A stretch of DNA of 64,000 bases from Mytilus edulis (lineage: Eukaryota): assembly GCF_963676685.1 (NCBI RefSeq), contig NC_092351.1, positions 30,938,001 through 31,002,000 of the forward strand, in the 5' to 3' direction. Below, piece after piece: positions 12,276 through 22,741 of this stretch. The position numbers and the translations under genes are program-made. Below the pieces are notes generated by a model that worked only from the letters and a program-made list of their open reading frames with translations, was not told the DNA's origin and ran no database searches. How positions within the stretch are numbered: the stretch's first letter is position 1; every line of letters begins with the position of its first letter.

Positions 12276-13228
12276 AAAAGTTATAAAGCCAAACAAATAC
12301 AAAGTTGAAGAGCATTGAGGACCCAAAATTCCAACTTAAGGCTCTGAAGAGCCTGTATCGCTCACCTGACTACTTGGGTTTTTGAAATCATATAAAAAAA
12401 GATAAATTTGGCTACAAAGTAACAACACGTAGCCAGCACCTCATAAGGAAAGGAACATTCATATGTTTGATTTCATTCAATTCAGTGGTTCTCTAGAAGG
12501 AAACTTTTGTATCCTATATTAAACTAAGCCCCCCCCCACCCCCCCTTCCCCGCTAGTGGCCATCTGTGATGATTGATCGGCTACAAAGTATCGACACTTG
12601 GTCAGCATCTCATAAGGAACATTTATGCTATGTTTGGTTTCATTCCATTCAGTGGTTCTTTAAAAGAAGAAATTTGTATGTATTTCCCATAGGGACCTAT
12701 GTTAAACTATTAAGTTCCCCCACTTGCGGCCTTCTTGGAAATTGGATCGGCGACAAAGTTACAACACTTGGTCAGCATCTCATTAGGAACATTCATGCTA
12801 TGTTTGGTTTCATTCCTTTCAGTGGTTCACTAAAAGAAGACATGTGTATGTATTTCCCATAGGGTCCTATGTTAAACTAAGTCCCCCGCTAGCAGCCATC
12901 TTGGATGATGCATCGGCTACAAAGTAACAACACTTGGTCAGCACCTCATAAGGAACATTCATGCTATGTTTGGTTTTTATTCCATTCAGTGGTTCTTTAA
13001 AAGAAGTCATTGTGCTATTTTTAATTAATTAAAAATATATAATTGGCGACTAGAGTTAAAGAAATAGACTTTATACTGTTCGAATTATTTCGGTTCTTTA
13101 CATACAGCTAATGATACAACTTGTTATGAATTTTATAACGTAACAATGCATTCTGATTGGTTCCTTTATATACTTGTGATTTAAAGAATTTTAAGTTTTT
13201 TATTCTGCCGTCGATATCCGAAAACTAA

Positions 13229-14319
13229 AATCAGCGAAAAGAAAAGACACCAGCGACTCCAAAAGTGTTAAAAGGAAGGGTGAGATCAATTTAGACAAAT
13301 TAAGAAAAAAGAAAGTGTTGACTAAATTAGTAGAGAAACAATTATCAGATATTTTAAAAAAGAATAATTTAATAGATTTAGTTGATTCTAGTGAAATTCC
13401 TCATGGTTGTTCTACTAGTGAGCATGATTTTTCTTCGCATTTACGCAAACGTAAAAACAAATCTTTGAAAAAGAAGAGTTCAAAAGTTCCTTTACAATAT
13501 TCTGATTCCGATTCGGACGACAATATTCATGTCCCGAAGGTTTAATCGGCTAAGGCCAAAAAGTTTAAAAAGTCGGGTAGCTCCAGGGTGACAAAACACA
13601 AGTCAAGAGTAATATCAGAGTCATCTGATAGTTCTGACTATGATGCATTCGAGTCTAGTACTGATGATGATACTTAAAGTACATCAGGTACAGATTCGTC
13701 CTGTAAAAAGAAATCACTTAAAAAGCGAAAGGTTAATCGGGTATGGTTGCTAAAGCAAGCGATGACGTGCAGAATCCACAAACTTGGCCCCATACTACAC
13801 TTCAGTACGAATATATAAATAAATCTGTTTCATTTCAAGATTTAGATTTAAAGCTGTTTGTTGCAGGGGAATTAGAAATAATTGGATCAAGCAAAATTAA
13901 AGCTATCGAGAAAATTACTAGATTGTCCCTTTTGAAGAAAATTCTATATTACAGTTCCATTTATCAGTGGAAATCTTTACTTGACTTCTATGCTGCCTTT
14001 TTGAGACAAATTGAAACGGGTGCTAAAACCTGGAAAGATACTCCTGATAATTTGGAAGTTCCTCTTTTATCTAAATATGTCAAACAAGAGTTCGATAAGA
14101 AGCATTCTTTTGGGGCTAAAAAAAGAGACCAAGACACATACTTTATGGTATTGTTCGTTATTTCAGAAAAATAAATGTTCAAAAACATCACCGCATAAAA
14201 TTCTGATTAGAGGTGTTGAACGTGAGGTTAATCATTTTTGTGCCACTTGTTATAGATTAGACAAACTTAAAAGTCATCATCCTGAATGTTCGTCTGCATG
14301 TCCTCATCATAATGAATGA
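13229..14319 (+). pseudogene. Ngaro gag-like ORF (5'-deleted, frameshifted, with stops)
   Basis: Lys/Ser-rich N-terminal part, then WPHTTL..FVAGELEII..FYAAFLRQIE. The C-terminal Cys/His zinc knuckle (CSLFQKNKC..H..HFCATC..HPE..C) is in a different frame. Confidence 0.75.
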
Positions 14320-14409
14320 CTAAATCAACATGTTCAGTTACCTGATTTTCAAAAGACATTATGGGGTTCTAGACATTCACTTAAATGCAGTCTTTGTTGT
14401 AACAGTTAT

Positions 14410-16089
14410 TTGGGTATAGATGATATGCAAAATTTTGTATCTATTCATAACATTGTTAAAAAATCTGGATTGTACAATTTTCAGGGTTGTAGAATTCCAA
14501 TTTACTCTAAAATCAATATTCTTTTTTTAAGAAGTTTGTTACAGAATTACAGTGACGCTCAAGTTTGTGACTTTTTAGAGTATGGATGGCCGGTGGGTCA
14601 CGATGGGAGCCCGTTCAGGTCATCTTTTTCCCGTAATCATTCGGGGGCTGATTTTCCAGATGATATTGCCAAATATTTGAAAAAAGAAAGTTCTTATAAA
14701 GCAATTGTTGGACCATTTAAGGCAAATCCGTTCAGCTGTCCGTCAGCTTTGTCTCCTTTAAATTCCGTTCCTAAAAAGGATTCAACAGAACGCAGAATTA
14801 TTGTTGATTTGAGCTTTCCAGAGGGCGAGGCGGTTAATTCTGGTATTTTCAAAGATCGTTATTTAGGCGATGAAATTTCAGTTTCGTATCCCACGGTTGA
14901 TGATTTTATTATGTTAATTAAGAGTAAAGGTCAAGGTTGCAGAATGTTTAAGAGGGACCTGAAACGGGCTTATAGACAATTAGTCGTTGACCCCGGTGAC
15001 ATCCATCTCTTAGGTTACAAATGGAGATGACACTTGTTTTACGATCGTGTATTAACAATGGGGTTGAGATCTGCTGCATATATATGTATGCGAACAACAA
15101 ATGCTATTGCATTTATATGTCAAAACATGGGTATAGATATTTTGAACTATTTAGATGATTTGGCTGGATGTGATATTCCTTCCAGCAGTGATGATGCTTA
15201 TGCTAAATTGGGTCTTATTTTACAGAATTGTGGCATTGAAGAATCAATTGAGAAGGCTTGTCCGCATAGTACTAAAATGATGTTTATTGGCATTTTATTT
15301 GATTCTGAGAACATGACAATTTCTATTGATACTCAAAGATTGTCAGAGATTCTGCAGTTAGTTTCTAATTGGCTCTGTAGCACAAATTGTACAAAGAGAG
15401 AATTACAATCATTGCTGGGAAAATTAAATTTTGTATCTCAATGTGTGCGTTCTGGCCGAATTTTTGTGTCAAGGCTGTTAAATTGGTTAAGAGATTTTCC
15501 CGATAATGGGAAAATAGTAATTCCAACTGATTTTAAACGTGATTTATTCTGGTGGCAGGAATTTTTGCCTAGTTATAATGGGATTTCTATGATTTTATCT
15601 GATGAATTCTCAAACCCTGATCAATTGTTTTCTGTTGATGCATGTTTGACAGGATGTGGCGGATAAATGGACGGAAGATACTTTCACTGTTCATTTCCGG
15701 AGTTTATTTTAGATCAAAACTTGCATATAAATTTATTAGAGATGTTGACGATTGTAGTAGCCTTGAAATTATGGGGAAAACATTTCACAAATTTAAAGGT
15801 GATTATTTATTGCGATAATATGGTATCAGTACGTGTTTTGAATACAGGCGCCACCAGAAATGAGTTCCTGCAGTAGTGTTTGAGGGAAGTTTGTTGGATT
15901 GCAGCTGTAAATAATTTTGAGTTAAAAGCTAAACATATTTCAGGTTGCAATAATCGTTTACCAGATCTTTTGTCTAGATGGGATTTAGATTATAAATTTC
16001 AGTTAGACTTTTACGAGAGGACAAAAGGCATGTCCCTATTTAGAGATTTGATTTCTAAAGAATTGTTTCAGTTTGAACATATTTGGTAA
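14410..16089 (+). pseudogene. Ngaro reverse transcriptase/RNase H with 3 in-frame stops
   Basis: RT motifs RIIVDLS, KRDLKRAYRQ, MGLRSA, YLDD. RNase H motifs VDAC, HINLLEM, CDN, HISG.NN..PDLLSR. Stops at 15028, 15664 and 15874. Confidence 0.9.
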
Positions 16090-17082
16090 TTGTTTATTCG
16101 TGTATTTGTAGATTTGCAAGTACTAAGACGAGATATGTTTGTGACTAGGATTTCGGCTTTCGCGAAAGGTACTTTGGTTAATTTTAAAACGCAGTGGAGA
16201 GCTTATTTATTGTTTTGTAATTACTTTCATTTAGAACCGTTTGATATTGATTCTGAATTATTATGCACTTATTCCGAGTTTCTCAGTAGAAGTTTCAGAT
16301 CAGCTCAATCTATTCGCAATTATTTAAACGGAGTTAAAGTTCTTTTCCTGTTGTTAGGATTACATGTGGATGTTTTTTCGTCTTACGAATTGAAGTTGAC
16401 GATGAAAGGGTTAGATAGGAAATTAAAACATTTACCTAAACAGGCATTTCCTATTACTTTAGAAATTTTAGGAAAAATTCGTGAACATTTGAATTTGAAT
16501 ACGCCGCTAGATGCGACATATTGGTGTTTATTTCTTTTTGCTTTATTACTTTTAAGCAGGAAGTCTAATTTAGTTCCAGTATCAACCAAGAAATTTGACA
16601 AAAATAAACAACTGTGCAGATGTGATGTTACAGTCTTTCCGTCTCTTATAATAGTTGCATTCAAATGGACAAAAACAATTCAGTTGGGTAATCGTATTTT
16701 AAGGATACCTTTGCTTGCATATCCTCTATCTAAATTTTGCCCAGTAAATGCATATAAAAGGATGTGTTCTTTAAATCCTTGCACGTCAGATGATGCCGCT
16801 TTTTCTTGTAAAAAAAGGGGGAAATGCATACCAATTACTTATAACCAGTTTCAGAATAAACTGAGAGAATTACTTTGTAAAATTGGGTTAAATCCAAATT
16901 TATTTTCTTCCCATAGTTTCCGAAGAGGTGGAGCAACGTTGGCACCGAAAGCAGGGGTTTCTCCTAGTTCTATCCAATTGATGGGTGATTGGAAAAGCAA
17001 TTGCTATACTAAATATATTGTCAGTTCTTTGTCTGATAAAATCAATGTAGCGGAACAAATTAAAGACTTTGTTTTAAAATAA
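16090..17082 (+). CDS. Ngaro tyrosine recombinase
   Basis: Open 330-codon frame with catalytic R (SRKSNL), K (KWTKT), HxxR (HSFRRGG), W (GDW) and Y (TKYI). True start uncertain. Confidence 0.9.
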   Translation: MFIRVFVDLQVLRRDMFVTRISAFAKGTLVNFKTQWRAYLLFCNYFHLEPFDIDSELLCTYSEFLSRSFRSAQSIRNYLNGVKVLFLLLGLHVDVFSSYELKLTMKGLDRKLKHLPKQAFPITLEILGKIREHLNLNTPLDATYWCLFLFALLLLSRKSNLVPVSTKKFDKNKQLCRCDVTVFPSLIIVAFKWTKTIQLGNRILRIPLLAYPLSKFCPVNAYKRMCSLNPCTSDDAAFSCKKRGKCIPITYNQFQNKLRELLCKIGLNPNLFSSHSFRRGGATLAPKAGVSPSSIQLMGDWKSNCYTKYIVSSLSDKINVAEQIKDFVLK

Positions 17083-17085
17083 AAT

Positions 17086-17601
17086 TTGCTCTTTATAGAT
17101 TTTAGGTCTACTCTGGTGTGCGATTCCATAGCCAAGCATGTTAAAACTATTAGAAGGTGTCACTTGCAAGCCTTTCCTGGAGCAAATATTTGGGACATGA
17201 TCAATTTGCTTAATTGTGGAACAATTCAGGTAAATTATGATATAATTCTGATGCATGTAGGAACCAACAATGTTTTTGCTGATTTTGATATAGGCTATAA
17301 TGTGCTTATCTCTACAATTGAGAAATTAGTTAAGCCACATACTGTCATAGTTGTTATGTCAGCAATTATTCCACGCTTACTTGATTTTCAGAATACAAGT
17401 TATTTTGTCACTACTATTAATTCTAGATTAAGAGGTTTATGCTTTAAACGTGGTGTTCAGTTTGTAGCTACTTATAAACCTTTTTTAAAGTTTGGGATGC
17501 CAGTTTGTGAACTTTATTCACCCATCTGTAAGTTACATTTGAATTATTTTGGTAATTTAAAATTGACAAATTTTTTTGTTCAAGTATTGTCTCATTGTTA
17601 A
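17086..17601 (+). CDS. SGNH/GDSL-type hydrolase-like ORF of the Ngaro element
   Basis: Block I (V)CDSI, block II FPGA, block III HVGTNN, block V CKLHLN. No ATG upstream of the Ser motif. Confidence 0.8.
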   Translation: MLFIDFRSTLVCDSIAKHVKTIRRCHLQAFPGANIWDMINLLNCGTIQVNYDIILMHVGTNNVFADFDIGYNVLISTIEKLVKPHTVIVVMSAIIPRLLDFQNTSYFVTTINSRLRGLCFKRGVQFVATYKPFLKFGMPVCELYSPICKLHLNYFGNLKLTNFFVQVLSHC

Positions 17602-17708
17602 ACAAGAGGATGTTAAGTCTCATCTTGTTACTGTTAAACAGAAGGAGCAATCTTATTCTGTGCCTTTTTTGTCTAATTGTGCTTATCCTTAAGGGAACAT
17701 TTTGTTTC

Positions 17709-17892
17709 CTGGCCAATCTTGTCAGAAAGATCTGACCATTCATGTCAGTGGTATTGTTTGATATCTGACCATTCATGTCGGTATTATTATACGTATTTGT
17801 TAGAAATATCTGAACAATCATGTCAGTGATATTTTTTTATTTCTGAACATTCATGTCAGTGATATTTTGTGATTTCTGACCATTCATGTCAG
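17709..17892 (+). repeat. Six spaced palindromic CTGAC-N7-GTCAG motifs in the Ngaro 3' region
   Basis: Copies start at 17709, 17732, 17765, 17810, 17844 and 17876; consensus ctgaccattcatgtcag. Confidence 0.8.
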
Positions 17893-18731
17893 TATTTTCA
17901 TTATTTTTGCTTGTAACTTAAATAGCTTTTAAATTTTGTTTAATATCAATCAATGTGCGTTAGTTACTGTTTGGCTGTTGGGGTTTTTGGTGCTGAACAT
18001 TGATTGGATTAACTTTAACGTCTATTATAGTTTTTTCATATGAAATTGTAATAATTTGCCAAAATTAAATGTTTTATTTTAATTCGTTTTAATTCCTACT
18101 GAGCATTTATTTAGTATTGCTTTGCATCCAGTCGTCTCATATCTTTAATAAATCTGCGTCTATTTACTTCGAAAGAGCAAATTGTGCTATTTTTGATTAA
18201 TTAAAAATATATAATTGGCCACTAGAGATAAAAGAAATAGACTTTATACTGTTCGAATTATTTCGGTTCTTTACATACAGCTAATGATACAACTTGTTAT
18301 GAATTTTATAACATAACAATGCATTCTGATTGGTTCCTTTATATACTTGTGATTTAAAGAATTTTAAGTTTTTCATTCTGCAGTCGATAGCCGAAAACTA
18401 ACCCTCCCATTATTTATCCCACCAAATATTTATAATCAGTAGTTTCAGTCTCATTTTCTGTGAAAGTTTTATTTTTCAGCGTATGTTCCTTGCCGGTGTT
18501 ACTGTGGATATACGAATTTACAATATAATCGACTGATTAAAGGACAATAAAGGAGCAATAGAGTTTATAACCGATAATTTGGATACGGATTAATTCACAA
18601 TGGTGTAGATGTTAGATTTATCGTTGCCCGCTGAATATAGACGTGCGGTCAAAGTGTTGTTGATGAATGGTGGTGCTGAACATTGATTGGATTAACTTTA
18701 ACGTCTATTATTGTTTTTTCATATGAAATTG

Positions 18732-19596
18732 TAAATAAAGGCAACAGTAGTATACCGCTGTTCAAAACTCATAAATCCATGGACAAAAAACAAAATCGGG
18801 GTACTAGTTTTCATGCTGTTAGGCTACCGGACTGGTAGAATCCTCGGGGACAGATTGTCCACCAGCAGAGACTCCGGTCCGGTGGTGATAAATAAAGGCA
18901 ACAGTAGTATACCGCTGTTCAAAACTCATAAATCCATGGACAAAAAACAAAATCGGGGTACTAGTTTTTATGCTGTTAGGCTACCGGACTGGTAGAATCC
19001 TCGGGGACAGATTGTCCACCAGCAGAGATTCCGGTCCGGTGGTGATAAATAAAGGCAACAGTAGTATACCGCTGTTCAAAACTCATAAATTCATGGACAA
19101 AAAACAAAATCGGGGTACTAGTTTTCATGCTGTTAGGCTACCGGACTGGTAGAATCCTCGGGGACAGATTGTCCACCAGCAGAGATTCCGGTCCGGTGGT
19201 GATAAATAAAGGCAACAGTAGTATACCGCTGTTCAAAACTCATAAATCCATGGACAAAAAACAAAATCGGGGTACTAGTTTTTATGCTGTTAGGCTACCG
19301 GACTGGTAGAATCCTCGGGGACAGATTGTCCACCAGCAGAGATTCCGGTCCGGTGGTGATAAATAAAGGCAACAGTAGTATACCGCTGTTCAAAACTCAT
19401 AAATCCATGGACAAAAAACAAAATCGGTGTACTAGTTTTCATGCTGTTAGGCTACCGGACTGGTAGAATCCTCGGGGACAGATTGTCCACCAGCAGAGAT
19501 TCCGGTCCGGTGGTGATAAATAAAGGCAACAGTAGTATACCGCTGTTCAAAACTCATAAATCCATGGACAAAAAACAAATTCGGGGTACTAGTTTT
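18732..19596 (-). repeat. 157-bp tandem array (5.5 units) inserted in Ngaro repeat B2, each full unit carrying the 58-nt pseudoknot motif
   Basis: Near-identical units with period 157 (18813, 18970, 19127, 19284, 19441). Absent from B1. Motif in the first unit is 18826-18883 (-). Confidence 0.95.
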
Positions 19597-22486
19597 AAAA
19601 TTTGCCAAAATTAAATGTTTTATTTTAATTCGTTTTAATTCCTACTGAGCATTTATTTAGTATTGCTTTGCATCCAGTCGTCTCATATCTTTAATATATC
19701 TGCGTCTATTTACTTCGAAAGAGCAAATTTGTATGAATTTCCGATAGGGTCCTATGTTAAACTAAGTCCCCCACTGGTGGCCATCTTGTATGTTGGATCG
19801 ACGACAATGTAACAACACTTGGTCAACATCTCATAAGGAACATTCATGCTATGTTTGATTTCATTCCGTTCAGTGGTTCTCTAAAAGAAGACATTCATAT
19901 CGGTCTTTTGATGTCCTTAAGGACTAAAAGTCTGCATTTGTATGTATTTCCCATAGTGTCCTATGTTGAACTAAGTCCCCCGCTGGCGGCCATCTTGGGT
20001 GATGCATTAGCTACAAAGTAACAACACTTGGTCAGCACCTCATAAGGAACATTCATGCTATGTTTGGTTTCATTCCATTCAGTGGTTCTCTAAAAGAAGT
20101 CATTTGTATGCATTTCACATAGGGTCCTATGTTAAACTCAGTCCCATGCTGGCGGCATCTTGGATGATGGGTCGGCTACAAAGTAACGACACTTGGTCAG
20201 CACCTCATATGGAACATTCATGCTATGTTTTGTTTCATTCCATTCAGGGGTTCTCTAAAAGAAGTCATTTGTATGCATTTCCCATAGGGTCCTATGTTAA
20301 ACTAAGTCCTTCCGGCCAGGTGAGCGAAAAAGTTGTTCCAAATGCGTCTAAGGTAAAAGCGTATTTATAGTAAGTTACTATATTGTATGGGCTTTGCTAA
20401 TTTTTGATACTGATGGATTTATGTCATTGGCAGAGATACCATCTTCTCAGTTTTGTTAACATACCTTTTGAGGCATACAGAAGATTCAATTAGTGCAAAT
20501 AAAGCAGCAAACCAGATTTAGCCACTAATAACAAGCATTTCATGATAGAGGGGATGACACACTTGGGATGTGGGGTAAAGAGGTTAAAAAAATGGGGATG
20601 TAGGAATCAGCTTCCACATACAGATGCTGGATTCATGTATCTAAGACCATGTTCGTGATCATTGTGTACTAGTTTCATAACATTTGGTTGAGACAAACAT
20701 AAGTTAGAGAACAAAAAAGGCAGATTTAGCAATTTTTCCATTTATAAAGGGGCATAACTAAAGAACAGTAAAGGTGATGCCACACACTACTGATCTGTGT
20801 TTTGTGGTCATAAGCATTGTGTATAAGTTTTATAGTATTTGGTTGAGGCAAACTAAAGTTAGAGAACAGAAATATTCAACATTTTGTTTATGTTTATAAA
20901 GGTACATAACTCATGAAAGGTAAGTCATGCCACCTAATTTCAAATTTAAGTTGTGTTTTGTGGTCATAAGCATTGTGTATAAGTCTTAAAGTATTTGGTT
21001 GAGGCAAACTAAAGTAATAAAATGCAAACCAATTTTTCTGATGTTCTGTACGGACTAACATCAGTAACACCTAAGCAAACTATAATACAGTAGGGGCATA
21101 CAATACATAGGATCTTGGAAAATGAAAGTAAAATGTGAAGTGGGAAAAATTACACAAAAAAAAGCTGGATTTAAGAAATCAGAATCCCTGTGTCACAATA
21201 TTAAGGTAATCCAACCATACATGAGAATGAGTTCAATTGTTTACAATTACTTTTAGTTTTGTTTAGGCTAAATTAGTAAGAGTAAAAGTGATTCTTTTTT
21301 CATGTTTTAATTCAGTAAAGGTTCTATTGTATAGTATATAAATTATTGACAATCTTATCAACTTTTAAAACAAATATAATATAACACACATAGCACACAA
21401 ATGACTGCCTTAAAATTGTTTACTGAGGGCAAAATAAAATATAACTCGGTTTCTGTACCTTGTATAACCATTTCATCAAGCATTCTTGAACCAAGAAAAT
21501 TTGAGAAATTAAAAACGGTTAAGAAAAAATATTTAAAAATATAAATTATGTTGGTCTAACTACAACCATAAGACAATAACAATCATACTGTTTAATGCAA
21601 CCAATGTTTAAAAGAACAGGTTTATCATAAAATGCAGGTATAAGCTTAAGATAGCAAACAAATATAATAAATAATATCAATTTGGTATTAATTACATTTG
21701 AATAAAATGAATAATTCTATTTTTAAATATAAAATAATAATGAAAACAAAAACGTAAAACGAAATGTATATAAGATTTCATACTTGGATATTCAATTGTC
21801 CTATTATTTTATTTTTTTCAACTATTTTATAAAATACAATATAAAGTAACATTTTGCAAATGACATTAATCTATAATGCTAAATGAGGACAATAAATATC
21901 TTAGCACCATCAGGATATATATAAATGATATGTTCTAATACATTATTGTTTGCAATATACAATTTGACATGAAGTCAACACATCATTTATTCATAAAAAA
22001 GTTGTCTGCACCAAGGAAAGGTCTTTAAAAGAAATAAAGTTGTTTACATTTTGGTATAATTTAATTTCAGATGTAACACTTCTTCTCATTGGAGCTTTTT
22101 GTCTATCAGCTCATAGACGTAATTTTGTCATTTGACCATGATGTCATCAATGTTATTTTTAATGATATACACCTTTAAGACGAAATAAGAATTAAATTAT
22201 AAGGAATGACTGTAATATTTTTTCTATCTATTCAAAATAACCTAAAATATATGGTGCACAATGAATAACCCAAGTAACAGGTTATTTATAAGTGTGCACC
22301 ACATTAGACAGAAAAAAATATTGCAGTCATTCCTTAAATAACATCAGGATAAGACATTCAAAGTACAGCAATTTCCATCAAAAAAGTATAAAGTTTAAAT
22401 TTGTTATATTTTTAAAATAAATGTACATATGTTATCAACTTTGATAAATCACTTTGCGTATACTGTAAAAAGATTATATCATTTAA

Positions 22487-22741
22487 CCCTTTCCTCCATA
22501 ATGACACCTTTTAACGCCTGTGTAGTGCCTCAGTTGAACATTTTACCTACAAAAAGTCTGTACCAGACTTATTAAAATTTGTATCCAATATAAAAAAGGA
22601 TATTCATGAGAATATCTGACTGGCATTTCATTGATAAAATATTTCGCAATGCAATAATACTGTAAACCTGCTGATTTTTTTGTTATTGAAAAGTTCCTAT
22701 ACGAATCAAGTATGTAAATAGAAATTACATGGAGGAAAGGG
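22487..22741. mobile_element. piggyBac-type MITE
   Basis: ttaa|CCCTTTCCTCCAT ... ATGGAGGAAAGGG|ctaa. Confidence 0.65.

Larger units (their letters stand above)
13009..19729 (+). mobile_element. Ngaro-type (DIRS order) tyrosine-recombinase retrotransposon with split direct repeats, decayed
   Basis: Layout is A1 13009-13228 (truncated), ORFs, B1 17988-18183, A2 18181-18670, B2 18671-19729. ORFs are gag, RT/RNase H, YR and SGNH. ATT core at both ends and at the B1/A2 junction. Confidence 0.93.
12333..20327 (-). mobile_element. HINE-like element (family A) with 166-bp satellite, interrupted by the Ngaro retrotransposon
   Basis: Same termini as the 11016 copy (aggctctgaagagcct ... ggccaggtgagc). 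Satellite units at 12410-13008 and 19730-20309 rejoin exactly across the insertion. Confidence 0.8.

Noticed and set aside
11406-12862. Repeated MMDR... ORFs (also 20104-20370)
   Set aside because: Artefacts of the 166-bp satellite; frames and stops vary between units.
15028-15876. Programmed readthrough or recoding of the pol stop codons
   Set aside because: Three different stop codons fall inside conserved domains and gag is frameshifted, so simple decay is more likely.
18813-19466. Four near-identical 60-aa ORFs
   Set aside because: Produced by the 157-bp period. Conservation in the unit follows RNA pairing on the opposite strand, not codons.
17709-19596. CRISPR-like appearance of the spaced palindromes and the tandem array
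   Set aside because: Eukaryotic context, no cas genes, and no unique constant-length spacers.
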